Virus record (IMG/VR): IMGVR_UViG_3300027863_000003
From: an uncultured virus (IMG/VR IMGVR_UViG_3300027863_000003)
Lineage: Duplodnaviria > Heunggongvirae > Uroviricota > Caudoviricetes
Reading direction: 5' to 3' (one strand)
Length of the DNA: 64,000 nt
Shown here: positions 57,701 to 64,000 of the stretch, in pieces
How positions within the stretch are numbered: position 1 is the stretch's first letter
How the letters are laid out: each line of letters begins with the position of its first letter
Made by a program: the position numbers and the translations under genes
Notes under the pieces: generated by a model
The model's database searches: none
What the model was told of the DNA's origin: nothing
The model's input: only the letters and a program-made list of their open reading frames with translations

Positions 57701-60700
57701 GCGGAACTTGAGCGCATTTTGTATGGGCGCACCACGGAAAGTTACCGGCCTGAAAACTTGTCGCTGTTCAAGGTGGCAAGAGAATATGTTCATTCGATAA
57801 TTGCCAGAGTGCTCAGGTATATCCGCAGCAAGCTGGGGATGGAAAACGAACTGGATACTTTACTTGCACGTGCCCTTGAACGCATAAATGCAGAAAAGAT
57901 TGAAGCCAACAAGCAGCGGCTTGATGCGCAAATACGCGGCGAACCAATTGAAGAATTATCGGATTCTGAGGTTCAGAATCAACCCGGCAAAAACCTCGCC
58001 GCGATGCCGGCTGCGCCCGAAGCCTCTCCGGCCGAGCAAAAGAAGGTGTTTGAAAAAATCAAAAACACCTATGATAACGTGGCAAAAGCCAGAATTGATT
58101 TGTATAAGAACGCAGAGGGGGTTATCAGGACAAAGGCGTTGAATGATTATCAGGCGCACAGGGCATTTAGTTTGTTGCATGATGTTACCAAGGCATTGAA
58201 GATTGAAGTTGCCGCACTGCCGGAAACCCAAATAGACCCCATTACCGGCGAGCCATACAAGAAATCATACTTATCCGACGACTTCATCCATCATTATCAA
58301 GACATGCTGAATCGCGAGGTGGAAAAGGGCGTTCTCAAGCCGGATGAAGCACAGCCAAAATTACGCGCCTTGCGCAGGGCGCAGATATTGGCTGACAAGG
58401 TCATTCGCGCAAAGGCGTGTACGAAGCTTTTGAATGAATATGAAGCCCGTCAGGCAACACTCAACAAGCTTGTCGAACTTGGCGTTTGGAAACAATCCGA
58501 CATGGCGTATCAAATGGAACTCAAACGCCTAGAGGATATTCACAATGAATTTGAAAAGATACGCGACGGCAGCAAATTTGGCGAGAACAGCCCGGAGGCA
58601 ATCATGCAGGATGTTATGCGGTTGCGCGATTTTCAGAAAAACGAGATTGATTATCGCGCACGCCAGAAAGCCCTGCAGTTAAGCACGGTTCGCAACGCGT
58701 TTGGCTTGGAAAATGTTGAAGGCGGCACATTCCAAGAGGTTTTGGATGCTGTTAAAAAACTGACCGGCATTCATGCGCAAAAGGCGCACAGCGAATTACT
58801 GGACAAACTGATGGAGTTTGAGGCGCTTGCGCAGCGTGTTGATGCTGATTACGAGGCTGCCCGCAAAGAATTGGGGGCCGAGATTGAAAGATTGAGCAAG
58901 GAACTCAATGAAGCCGAACTGAACAGGGCCTGGGCGGTTGTGCATTTGACCGATTACCTGAATGCGATGAAGGGCAAAATGACGCTTGACGGCACCTTCT
59001 TCACCAATGATGAACTTGAAGATGCAGCGTCACGGCTAACTGGCATTGGGATGTTTGTGCTTGACCTTGCGAAACGCAAGCCTGATTTGACCGCCAACGA
59101 ATTGATGACGTGGTTGTTGAATAGCAATGCCAACCTGCCTGAAATTCCGCGACAAATTGCCAATCTTTTGGGCATTCGGTTCACAAATAACGAAGAAGGC
59201 CAGCGTGCGCTTGTCAACTTGCCGCAGATGCCCATCTCCGATGAAGCCGTGGCTGCGATGTTGCGATATGCCCAGCGGCTGCCGGGCTTTGCGTCGGCTT
59301 TGGCGCGTGTTTTTGAGAAAGCAAAGGCCGAATGGGACAACAATCCGGGTGTCCGACTCGCGCAGATTATTGCGCTCAACCGCCAAATAGAGAATTTGGA
59401 AGGGAAAGCCAAGCTGAAGGCTGAAAAGGCGCTGCAAGAAATGCTGAATCGCTTCGTCCAAGACGAAACCGCTGTTATGTCTCGCAGTGAATTGGCTGCC
59501 AAAGGCCTGTTAGAAGCGTTGAAACAAAAGCAAATCCGGTTGAAAACATACGAGTATGCCAAAGCCTTGTTCGATGAAGTGCGTGGGGCTGAAGGTTACG
59601 CTGATTTTCAATTCCAAGTGATGAGCGGGCCGGCGGGCGGCGCAAAAGTCATGCTGCATAAATCGGACAGGGCAATAGTTTTGAGCGGCTTTAGTATTCC
59701 GCGGCCAGATGGCAAGCTTGAATCAGTGGCGCCGGTGCTTTTGAGCACTGACTTTAACTCACCATTCTATTTGCCCAACAAAATTGGCGCGATTATGGAT
59801 TGGCGCAATAAAGCCGAAGAATACGTCAATGGCTATTACCGCGCCATGAATGATTATAACTCAGGCGCAACTGATAAAACGCCGATACAAGCCGGATATA
59901 ATCCGATGATAGTTGCCGGCTTGGAAGAAGAACTTAAACCAACATCTAACCTTGCCTCCCTGTATTCAGCAACATGGGCGATACCGGAACAGACATTGCG
60001 CAGCAACAAATTCCTTGCCAACCTGACAAGACTCGGCTTGTTCCGGCAACTGAATGAAGGCGCTCTTCAATTGCAGGGGCCGTTCGGGGCGCAGGTAGCA
60101 TCTGATGTGGCAGATTTGACTGCAGTTGAAATGAAGTTGCGCACTTTATTTGACCAGAAATTGCACCCTGAATTTGCCGAGATACCCAAATTACGCAAGG
60201 CCGCACTCGACTCGCATCGTGATGACCCGATGATAAGAACTCAGGATGATTACCGCCGTTTCATTTTCAATCCAATGGGCGAGCACCTGCGGCAATTTGG
60301 CGTTAGTTTGGCCGCCGGCGATAGAATAGGCCCTGGTAACCTGCGAGTAACGGCAGCAGACCTTGAGCTTTTCAAACGATTGTACGACCTTGACGTTCAA
60401 ATAAGAGAGGTGCTTGCCGGCCATTCAATCCGCGGGCTTGTCCGCCGCGAAGCACAAATCATCACGCCGACTGGCGAAAAAGCAACCATTGAATATCGTA
60501 GCAGGGCAATTCCAGTAGGCGAGATGGGCACCAGCCGCATCATCAACAGGTCAGGGGAAGATTTTGTCCGGCAGTTGTCCGAAGTGTTGCGATTGGTTGA
60601 TGAGATGGAGAAGAAGAATCCCGGTTCAACAGCCATTACTTATGGGGATTTGAGCAAATCCAATCATCATCCGCTAATTGACTTCTACAACTCAGAAGAG

Positions 60701-63700
60701 GCGCAGAACAAAATGTTGTACAGCCATATCTCGGCGGCTGGACGCACTGATTTGGCAAACAAACGCAGTCCGTTGATGACCAAGCTTGAAATGCGCCTTG
60801 CGGAAAAAATACGCTCCGGGAAACTTACACGCCCCCTATTCACTGTTGATGATTATGTTCGCGGCCTTCTTGATGCGGCTCAGGAACTGGAAATTAAAGG
60901 ATTAAGCTATGAGCAGGTGGCCCGTGAATTCCTTGGTGAACTGGCCAAATACAACAAGTACGCCCTTGATTTGGCTGCGGATATGCCCAAGGAAAAAACG
61001 TCCGAGGCATGGATTGCCGCCGCGTCCAAGCTGACTGAATTCACCACTGAAGCCAACCTGCTCAAATTACCCGGATGCTATTATGATTACTCTGTTTTGA
61101 CTGATGCCGACATTGCTTCCAAGGTTGTGCGCGGCCTAGCAGAATGGAATGTTAAACTGGTTACATCACTGCGCCATGCCGCCGATGATTTGAGCAACCG
61201 GATAAGACTGGTTGAAGAGGGCGTTAAAAAGCCTGAAGAGATTTTGAGTGATTACAATGGCGATGTGTTTCTGGCCCGCGTTATTCGGGACACAACACGG
61301 CAGCTTGCTGATGATGTTCTGGCCAAGCAAGTCCATCAATCTGACCTTGCCCAAAAGGCGTATGACATACACAGCTTGCTAGTTGGCAACTGGCTTACTT
61401 CGCCGGCGGCGGCTGGCAACAACGTGCTCTTCTCGACAGTGGCAGCCTTTGATTTGATGGCCAAGATTGGAAATTACAATCGTGTTGTCGGCGGGCTGAT
61501 GACGGCAATCAATATTTTGAAGACCCTACCCAAGGCTGTCATTCAACTCGCCGGCGGGCTGGCATCTTATGTGCCTGGCTCAAAAGCCGCCGTGGATTGG
61601 CTGATTAAGAATCATCCTGAAATTTACCAGAGCATAATCAAGTGGGCGCATACACTTCGGTTGGATTCAATTTATGATGAACTCCAAGGCCTTCATGAAA
61701 CCGGTCTCGCCACTGATGAAAAATCGCTGAGGCAACAATGGCAGAAAATCATCAGCGAGGTTCAATATCCGGCGACCAAGGCTGAGCTATACCAAAAGGA
61801 AAGTGGCCCGCTTGGAAAGGCAGCCACCTACGCGGGTGCCGGCTTGCGTCTTACAGCGGCAGGCGTGAATCGAATTTCGGCTGTTCGATTCACAGACGCG
61901 CTCATCAACGCAAACAGCCTGTTCTTTGTGGATAAAATCCGCCGGCAACTCGAATACACCGCCCGCCAATACCTGAAGCGAATTGAACAAATGCAGGCTG
62001 AAGGGAAGTTGGGCGATAAATTTGACCCAACCAACAAAGAATGGGCGGTTAAGCCAGAAGAATTTTCACACAGATTGTTGAAGGGCGACCAGCTTGCCAA
62101 CATTGCCTACATGCGTTCATGGTTGCGTTTGAATACGGGTGCGGAATTGGAGCAGCTTTTCCTCGACTACGGCAAGAGATTGAAGGCCGACCCTGACGCT
62201 CAACTTTGGGACAACGAAATGCAACAACGCCTAGTCAGAGGCATAGTGGCCCATATTAACAAGCCGATACCTGGGCGCAACAGGGCGATATTGATTGGCA
62301 AGGACAGGTTCCTGACGTGGTTTGCGATGTTGCAAGGGTACACGGGCGACCTTCTGTTGAAATTAACGGATGGTTTCCGCTCTGCGCATGGGGCTGCGTC
62401 ATATCAACGCATTCTCACGCCCACCTTGTATTTGATGGGGTTGGCCGCGATGGCGGCTTATGCTGGCGGCACCGCCTTAACATATCGTGATTGGTGGGCT
62501 TACTTGTTTGAAGGCCGGTTGCAACGCGCCGTGACGCCGTTGGACAAGGAATTCTGGGCAAATCCAGTGACGAATACGAGCCTAGCCGCCTTCTCGGCCA
62601 TACCATATATCGGCACTGCGATGTTGCAGATACTCGGCGAAATACGTGGCCGCCGCGGTTTTGACCCGGCAGATTCCATTGTTGCCATATCGCAATTGCA
62701 CGACCTTCAGATGCTGTTCGGCAGCCTGTGGGCGTTGCGTGATAATCCGGCAAGTTGGCCGATACCATTGCGCCGGTGGGCGGAGCGTAACTTCCCGTAT
62801 TTCCGCTCGATTGAATACATCACAGGCACTGGCCGCGCGGATTATACGAGCGGCGTCAACAGCTTTTATGCGGTTGCGAAGAATAAGGGGCTGATAAAAG
62901 AGCGCGCCCAACGGCAAATGGGGTTCTTCATTCCGGGAGTGCCCTCGGCTCTTTCAGACCGCCTGCGCCGCGCCATAATGGACGGGGATACGACAGAAAT
63001 TAAAGAAATAAAGGGCGAGTTATACGATTACCATTACAAGACTGCGATTGAAAATGGCAAGACGCCTGATGAAGCCAAACGCCTTGCTGAAGTACAAACC
63101 AAGCGCGATTACATTTCTCTTTCGCCGGTGTTGCAGGCAACCAACCGCCGCAAATTTGCGCAGTCAGAATATGAGGATGTTGTTAATTCGATGAACGACA
63201 GGCAGCGGTTTGCCTTTGAAAGAGTGCAGAAGGCATGGAAAGCTGCCGCTCCGTTGTTCAATGTCAGTGAAGGTTCGGCGGCGTTAATCCCGTGGAAGAC
63301 TGAGGCTGAAGAACAGGCGCCGGGCGTAACCGGCGCTCAAGTCAGGCTCCAGCCGGTGGCCGGCTCAGCGTCCGGCACCACTGGAAGAGGCCGCTCTGTA
63401 ACGCCTGGCGGCTTGCCAACTTCACTCATGTGGGGTATGGGAGGCATGGGGGGCCAGCGGGTTTCAACAAGCCCGATAAATCTCCGCGCACCTGCGCCGC
63501 TCCGGATGCCGGCTATACGACCTTCAATCACGGCTGGGACTGTCCGCCTGCCAACCGGCCTTGGCAGCATGGGCGGGCGGATGAATCGGTCGGGCGGGCG
63601 CCGGTCAATGCCGCGCATAAGCGGGCGGATAAAGAGCGGCATCAAACCAAGAGCAACCTTGACAAGCAAACCGTTGCGCACAAAACTACCGACAAGAATA

Positions 63701-63709
63701 AGACTATGA
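48794..63709 (+). CDS. giant polyvalent protein (~4970 aa): ParB-like domain, SF2 (Strawberry-notch/SNF2-like) helicase, zincin HExxH motif
   Basis: LQASH...GPPVV...VLGGNGRT; LADGTGAGKT, FDESH, SSATP, GINL, QALGRVNR; HEAIHH at 57527. Confidence 0.85.
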   Translation: MADFYISDDEDQQGVQQDVTPQAEPKTDLDNLYKQIIQKDEISPEEAAFIEAKKFPDGRPREAILTAAPEKPLYKKILEFPQRVAPGLFGRPEGEWIGDPDDEENYRKLNEGAIAALSHGLINRLVPDVKAEQVQKFADRLANAVQGKFGEPQPRKKPSDAAGYTAGAINLIKNLLDIFTSPAGFVGGLGGITRQAPRVIAGLFAHSLLKDLPESAQAAGYASVSGTPQEKVERLGGLAANLLFAGTSAFHTAAPKKPGQAGGAKSWMEQILPGMTDEEFKAYDVMRDRAREYALAKWRLENGKAEPGDFGIVSDFENAAEFKDFEKPLNKAFFTFSNLPPKVVGAMPPEMFRLWRWVTYKAFSNAGSPGFKKIYASRLHAGLLEQGDTKTAGLLENELRQSESPELREHAKQLTKARYDYYEKQKQARQDIEASLRERGVTSPGMPQPERPRIRIVAEGAGEPKTEPSQGPIDTSLKAGEQKPTEPAQKPAIPPEEQPPPPPAQTVFGKMGALELFDEYKKVLSQNDFALAEEAEARMREIAEQSPDAEERQLAQKMLEPMRQMREAQETLYRVQKQQAATRPAQENRPAEQAQPVEQAPAVEQRPQAPPPPDYNNMGVLELFDEHRKATNAGNFQLANELEERMRRRVEEAPDETARENAQRLLNHMIQLRQGHEELAKLKGNLAQQRQPATEAQKPAPEAQPAGQQQQEQRPSHDLWSFLPEEPEIVDAAYVASLEYLYDRAIEQGDHLLADEIERRLDDSLIRIRDKEVMGVAVDQLRRMRKARAARQQEAEKGLQEKQQEAEKNKKRETLRNLLNNETKVDESFILTLSILHDEALKDGLFDVAKEIEERMAQARGQVEGNDNLQSLIDAHLQELIKKRESKQNQAQQPLTTNIQTGAEPAANAPATPEKPLPTNLATGAKPEEQKSPPASVMAPETPATKPPEQTAAPKAGPPKPPEPLAPAAEKPVKPRPPAPTTGVTPLPTPITTSEQKKEKPESEKPAPVLPTNLGAGQKSEEKKVAPEKQAPTAVSAPKPVKIRATLWADGSVETQDEEVTGFKFARDENNRIFVNKYGIAEITNGEDSYRIFIKKLSPEAKRELGWDEASVVYEPPISPEVEKLLDELRDIHASKEYEQASQKILAQKRSHLTKDEERAFNRSREIWNEISKLPPELAAELPDDAFREWQDSRLDNFSIQSAKELHRAFLLRGEPIAAENIENKLAETLVNVHSKHPDDRAEAKRHNKETKAVIDELWRAREEYKKNKKATPPAPAPAEPAKPIELKPTPPIPTGAKVEVVGKGDDKYPGVYSILPLSELQASHTETFSPNEKYPLSNTRQYHLESQKAERDKVNKGAYEPIPDLLVEPSVSASVGPPVVAWDRGTGQWVVLGGNGRTLMYKIMPEEKRAQVHEYAKQSAKKLGLPEPKTPDDVIVRVIDPIDTSTREGREAANRIVDSLNRSDMLSRSPFNMGKDDARNIPDDDALQLLDELTEAAPNQTINIYRRFVERMIGSGKIEQASRASILDNDVDVRTYVESFLAEKAFPNSTIPRLMADSNTPATIRGLMKVAMPTVLRLRSQKTAFGEKLANVITGALDKVSLASDDISKISSALEMASGQSELGESEASKAGRALIYLLQKYANVKTDKKTKSQAALSVWGKIFNYLDQALANQKKQGGGENLFGTVEDDALVFRRTLQGIMTEKEYKSFGLKPVSEDSQTPPRFGYNIPALERAISETTGKLPTSITMGATKVEKPTKPAVKPKGKAKVAPVEEKPPTTIRAGEEEVKPTEPPAKPRITSGQEAKKKETVPIKPEEEKPAPEPTLDELKAERDALERRLKKYGELPPRDQARLEEVKMAIEKAELGQEYLPQTKQAIIPDEETLKKQQRSFVEKKAKEGTLKPQGEQENLEEGRKQPELLPTGQGDIFSGQPYRPTPKPAESRPAAEMPKPQVAQPQPAVAKPAEQPKPAITQAPVETKGRSYQQVITPDFGKNNKTFRRSAFDGARRAMPKPPSAQQDPNGLKLYTNASTVGGFLYEAGVRDFKEWERLMREMYETPDNPRTKDTNYWQKIYKNARMMLDEEGGESLAAIPAKGPGDLIIGPEGEQRGGAEGEKKTVEVQFVPHPSNPKLLIARPEYTKPAPDHLERLAREHPELANLRNSLAPHQVEAFNTMYSAITRPHPNKAGLLADGTGAGKTRVMLALAHAIAVSEKRPVIMVVPQAVLKANWAKGTSKGGSYFKDAKQMGIPLVLAREGAIRPGEIIITTYENVGKWADAMSWFPARSENAAFVIFDESHYLKTPDSRRTIEAKAMIRRANKVLFSSATPADKPVHIHYLETLGIGRFDDVMKKLGYEKVQRQGRRQDGTPYDYYTWEIAPHVTAQEIAKRYSELFDKLTADGVMIKREISMAPLNIRVLEFETPDEARMIIDDFEFFYWEHKTSNTALDRANLMMICRRYLEPFKIPFATNIALKELNNGRKVVIYLSRVNQAKAGAWSGKGLEKTYHKHSDIASTLDELRNALIESGVEEDKIGELSGRMTEEEIHDAVKNFNEGDVQVLISTVETGGAGINLDDATGNHPRSVIFMTAPFSGIENVQALGRVNRLTTKSNSNIYYLFTKHPIDEWNSDIVMHKLRLMGATVKGQLAGLDEILRDRERAKMFDDLTEENLEADINTAKSPEELLKEYLQRGRKKRGAIQGGAAKGEGEAAKGEGQPVKTAPFPSVPWREVRTKDGGKFYVYPLKPDAPETKAFWDWWHEQGGKENKLDIRVRKIPEKYRKTQGADWEVVANAPYEKGAAAKEPSTNVETGTTESPPNPDENLINPIKNGVDDVSDKLGTRPDIEIDNEEKPKKPGEEEGEEGLKGAPRLSIYYDTGTGRIVLRPRELAKELELFGSDEKAKQNYMEALGRHEAIHHAALELLDPIEAASIAVWLRERHPKKYKKFVESYTGGRDVELSDFQIGHEIYRAELERILYGRTTESYRPENLSLFKVAREYVHSIIARVLRYIRSKLGMENELDTLLARALERINAEKIEANKQRLDAQIRGEPIEELSDSEVQNQPGKNLAAMPAAPEASPAEQKKVFEKIKNTYDNVAKARIDLYKNAEGVIRTKALNDYQAHRAFSLLHDVTKALKIEVAALPETQIDPITGEPYKKSYLSDDFIHHYQDMLNREVEKGVLKPDEAQPKLRALRRAQILADKVIRAKACTKLLNEYEARQATLNKLVELGVWKQSDMAYQMELKRLEDIHNEFEKIRDGSKFGENSPEAIMQDVMRLRDFQKNEIDYRARQKALQLSTVRNAFGLENVEGGTFQEVLDAVKKLTGIHAQKAHSELLDKLMEFEALAQRVDADYEAARKELGAEIERLSKELNEAELNRAWAVVHLTDYLNAMKGKMTLDGTFFTNDELEDAASRLTGIGMFVLDLAKRKPDLTANELMTWLLNSNANLPEIPRQIANLLGIRFTNNEEGQRALVNLPQMPISDEAVAAMLRYAQRLPGFASALARVFEKAKAEWDNNPGVRLAQIIALNRQIENLEGKAKLKAEKALQEMLNRFVQDETAVMSRSELAAKGLLEALKQKQIRLKTYEYAKALFDEVRGAEGYADFQFQVMSGPAGGAKVMLHKSDRAIVLSGFSIPRPDGKLESVAPVLLSTDFNSPFYLPNKIGAIMDWRNKAEEYVNGYYRAMNDYNSGATDKTPIQAGYNPMIVAGLEEELKPTSNLASLYSATWAIPEQTLRSNKFLANLTRLGLFRQLNEGALQLQGPFGAQVASDVADLTAVEMKLRTLFDQKLHPEFAEIPKLRKAALDSHRDDPMIRTQDDYRRFIFNPMGEHLRQFGVSLAAGDRIGPGNLRVTAADLELFKRLYDLDVQIREVLAGHSIRGLVRREAQIITPTGEKATIEYRSRAIPVGEMGTSRIINRSGEDFVRQLSEVLRLVDEMEKKNPGSTAITYGDLSKSNHHPLIDFYNSEEAQNKMLYSHISAAGRTDLANKRSPLMTKLEMRLAEKIRSGKLTRPLFTVDDYVRGLLDAAQELEIKGLSYEQVAREFLGELAKYNKYALDLAADMPKEKTSEAWIAAASKLTEFTTEANLLKLPGCYYDYSVLTDADIASKVVRGLAEWNVKLVTSLRHAADDLSNRIRLVEEGVKKPEEILSDYNGDVFLARVIRDTTRQLADDVLAKQVHQSDLAQKAYDIHSLLVGNWLTSPAAAGNNVLFSTVAAFDLMAKIGNYNRVVGGLMTAINILKTLPKAVIQLAGGLASYVPGSKAAVDWLIKNHPEIYQSIIKWAHTLRLDSIYDELQGLHETGLATDEKSLRQQWQKIISEVQYPATKAELYQKESGPLGKAATYAGAGLRLTAAGVNRISAVRFTDALINANSLFFVDKIRRQLEYTARQYLKRIEQMQAEGKLGDKFDPTNKEWAVKPEEFSHRLLKGDQLANIAYMRSWLRLNTGAELEQLFLDYGKRLKADPDAQLWDNEMQQRLVRGIVAHINKPIPGRNRAILIGKDRFLTWFAMLQGYTGDLLLKLTDGFRSAHGAASYQRILTPTLYLMGLAAMAAYAGGTALTYRDWWAYLFEGRLQRAVTPLDKEFWANPVTNTSLAAFSAIPYIGTAMLQILGEIRGRRGFDPADSIVAISQLHDLQMLFGSLWALRDNPASWPIPLRRWAERNFPYFRSIEYITGTGRADYTSGVNSFYAVAKNKGLIKERAQRQMGFFIPGVPSALSDRLRRAIMDGDTTEIKEIKGELYDYHYKTAIENGKTPDEAKRLAEVQTKRDYISLSPVLQATNRRKFAQSEYEDVVNSMNDRQRFAFERVQKAWKAAAPLFNVSEGSAALIPWKTEAEEQAPGVTGAQVRLQPVAGSASGTTGRGRSVTPGGLPTSLMWGMGGMGGQRVSTSPINLRAPAPLRMPAIRPSITAGTVRLPTGLGSMGGRMNRSGGRRSMPRISGRIKSGIKPRATLTSKPLRTKLPTRIRL

Positions 63710-64000
63710 GAAGAGTAAACAGGCATCAACTGGCTGAAAAACTGGCTGAACGACTGGCAATAACAAGGCCGATGGCGAACAAAATCATCGCCGAATTCAT
63801 TGAGTGCTTCCGGGAGGAGGTTCTGGAAGGCAAACCCATCTACCTACGGCGCCTAGGTAAATTTGAGGTTAAACTGCGCCGCGCCAAAATTGCCTTCGAC
63901 ATGTTCAATAGGGAGCCAATTGAAATCCCAGCTCATTTCAAACTTGTGTTCAAAGCCGAGGCTGGTCTCCGGCGGGAAGTCATGCAAATCCCGATAAAAA
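63706..64000 (+). CDS. HU/IHF-family DNA-binding protein (partial)
   Basis: Hand translation MRRVNRHQLAEKLAERL...GKPIYLRRLGKFEVKLRRAK...EPIEIPAHFKLVFKA; ATGA overlap with the giant gene. Confidence 0.8.
   Translation, partial: MRRVNRHQLAEKLAERLAITRPMANKIIAEFIECFREEVLEGKPIYLRRLGKFEVKLRRAKIAFDMFNREPIEIPAHFKLVFKAEAGLRREVMQIPIK

Noticed and set aside
48794..63709. Giant ORF as a virion RNA polymerase (N4- or crAss-like) reading the hairpins
   Set aside because: I found no DxDGD or T7-type polymerase motifs; the recognisable motifs are helicase, ParB-like and zincin. A highly diverged polymerase cannot be fully excluded without structure prediction.
1..64000. tRNA genes, integrase/att sites, alternative genetic code
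   Set aside because: No cloverleaf or recombinase motifs were seen, and long genes are intact under the standard code.

Overview
The whole window is part of a tailed dsDNA phage genome, probably podovirus-like: it has a nozzle-like protein and ejection proteins but no tape measure. I saw no integrase, DNA polymerase, tRNA or CRISPR array. Layout: (1) 1-5350, a leftward array of small 'early' genes with strong Shine-Dalgarno sites, punctuated by GC-rich hairpins. (2) 5350-7190, a non-coding control region with sigma54-like -24/-12 motifs and an array of TTTGCAACT repeats. (3) 7190-19600, leftward DNA metabolism genes: a two-frame C5 methylase, an N6-adenine methylase, a metallophosphoesterase, a DnaC-like loader plus initiator with iterons, a VRR-NUC nuclease, a PD-(D/E)XK exonuclease and an AAA ATPase. 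(4) 19600-21560, a rightward membrane/lysis-like cassette. (5) An inverted terminase large subunit. (6) 23500-64000, a rightward virion module ending in a ~4970-aa polyvalent protein and an HU-like gene. Most notable: a domain family (GYKVV...CGPLCVF...LADAV) expanded to 10 copies in two clusters; a hidden -1 frame DnaJ-type zinc finger reachable only by slippage at an A9 run; hairpin-punctuated early cassettes; signal-peptide, Thr-Asn-rich proteins within the virion module near a multi-domain glycosyltransferase; and apparent avoidance of GATC. All functional calls come from motif recognition by eye; no searches were run.
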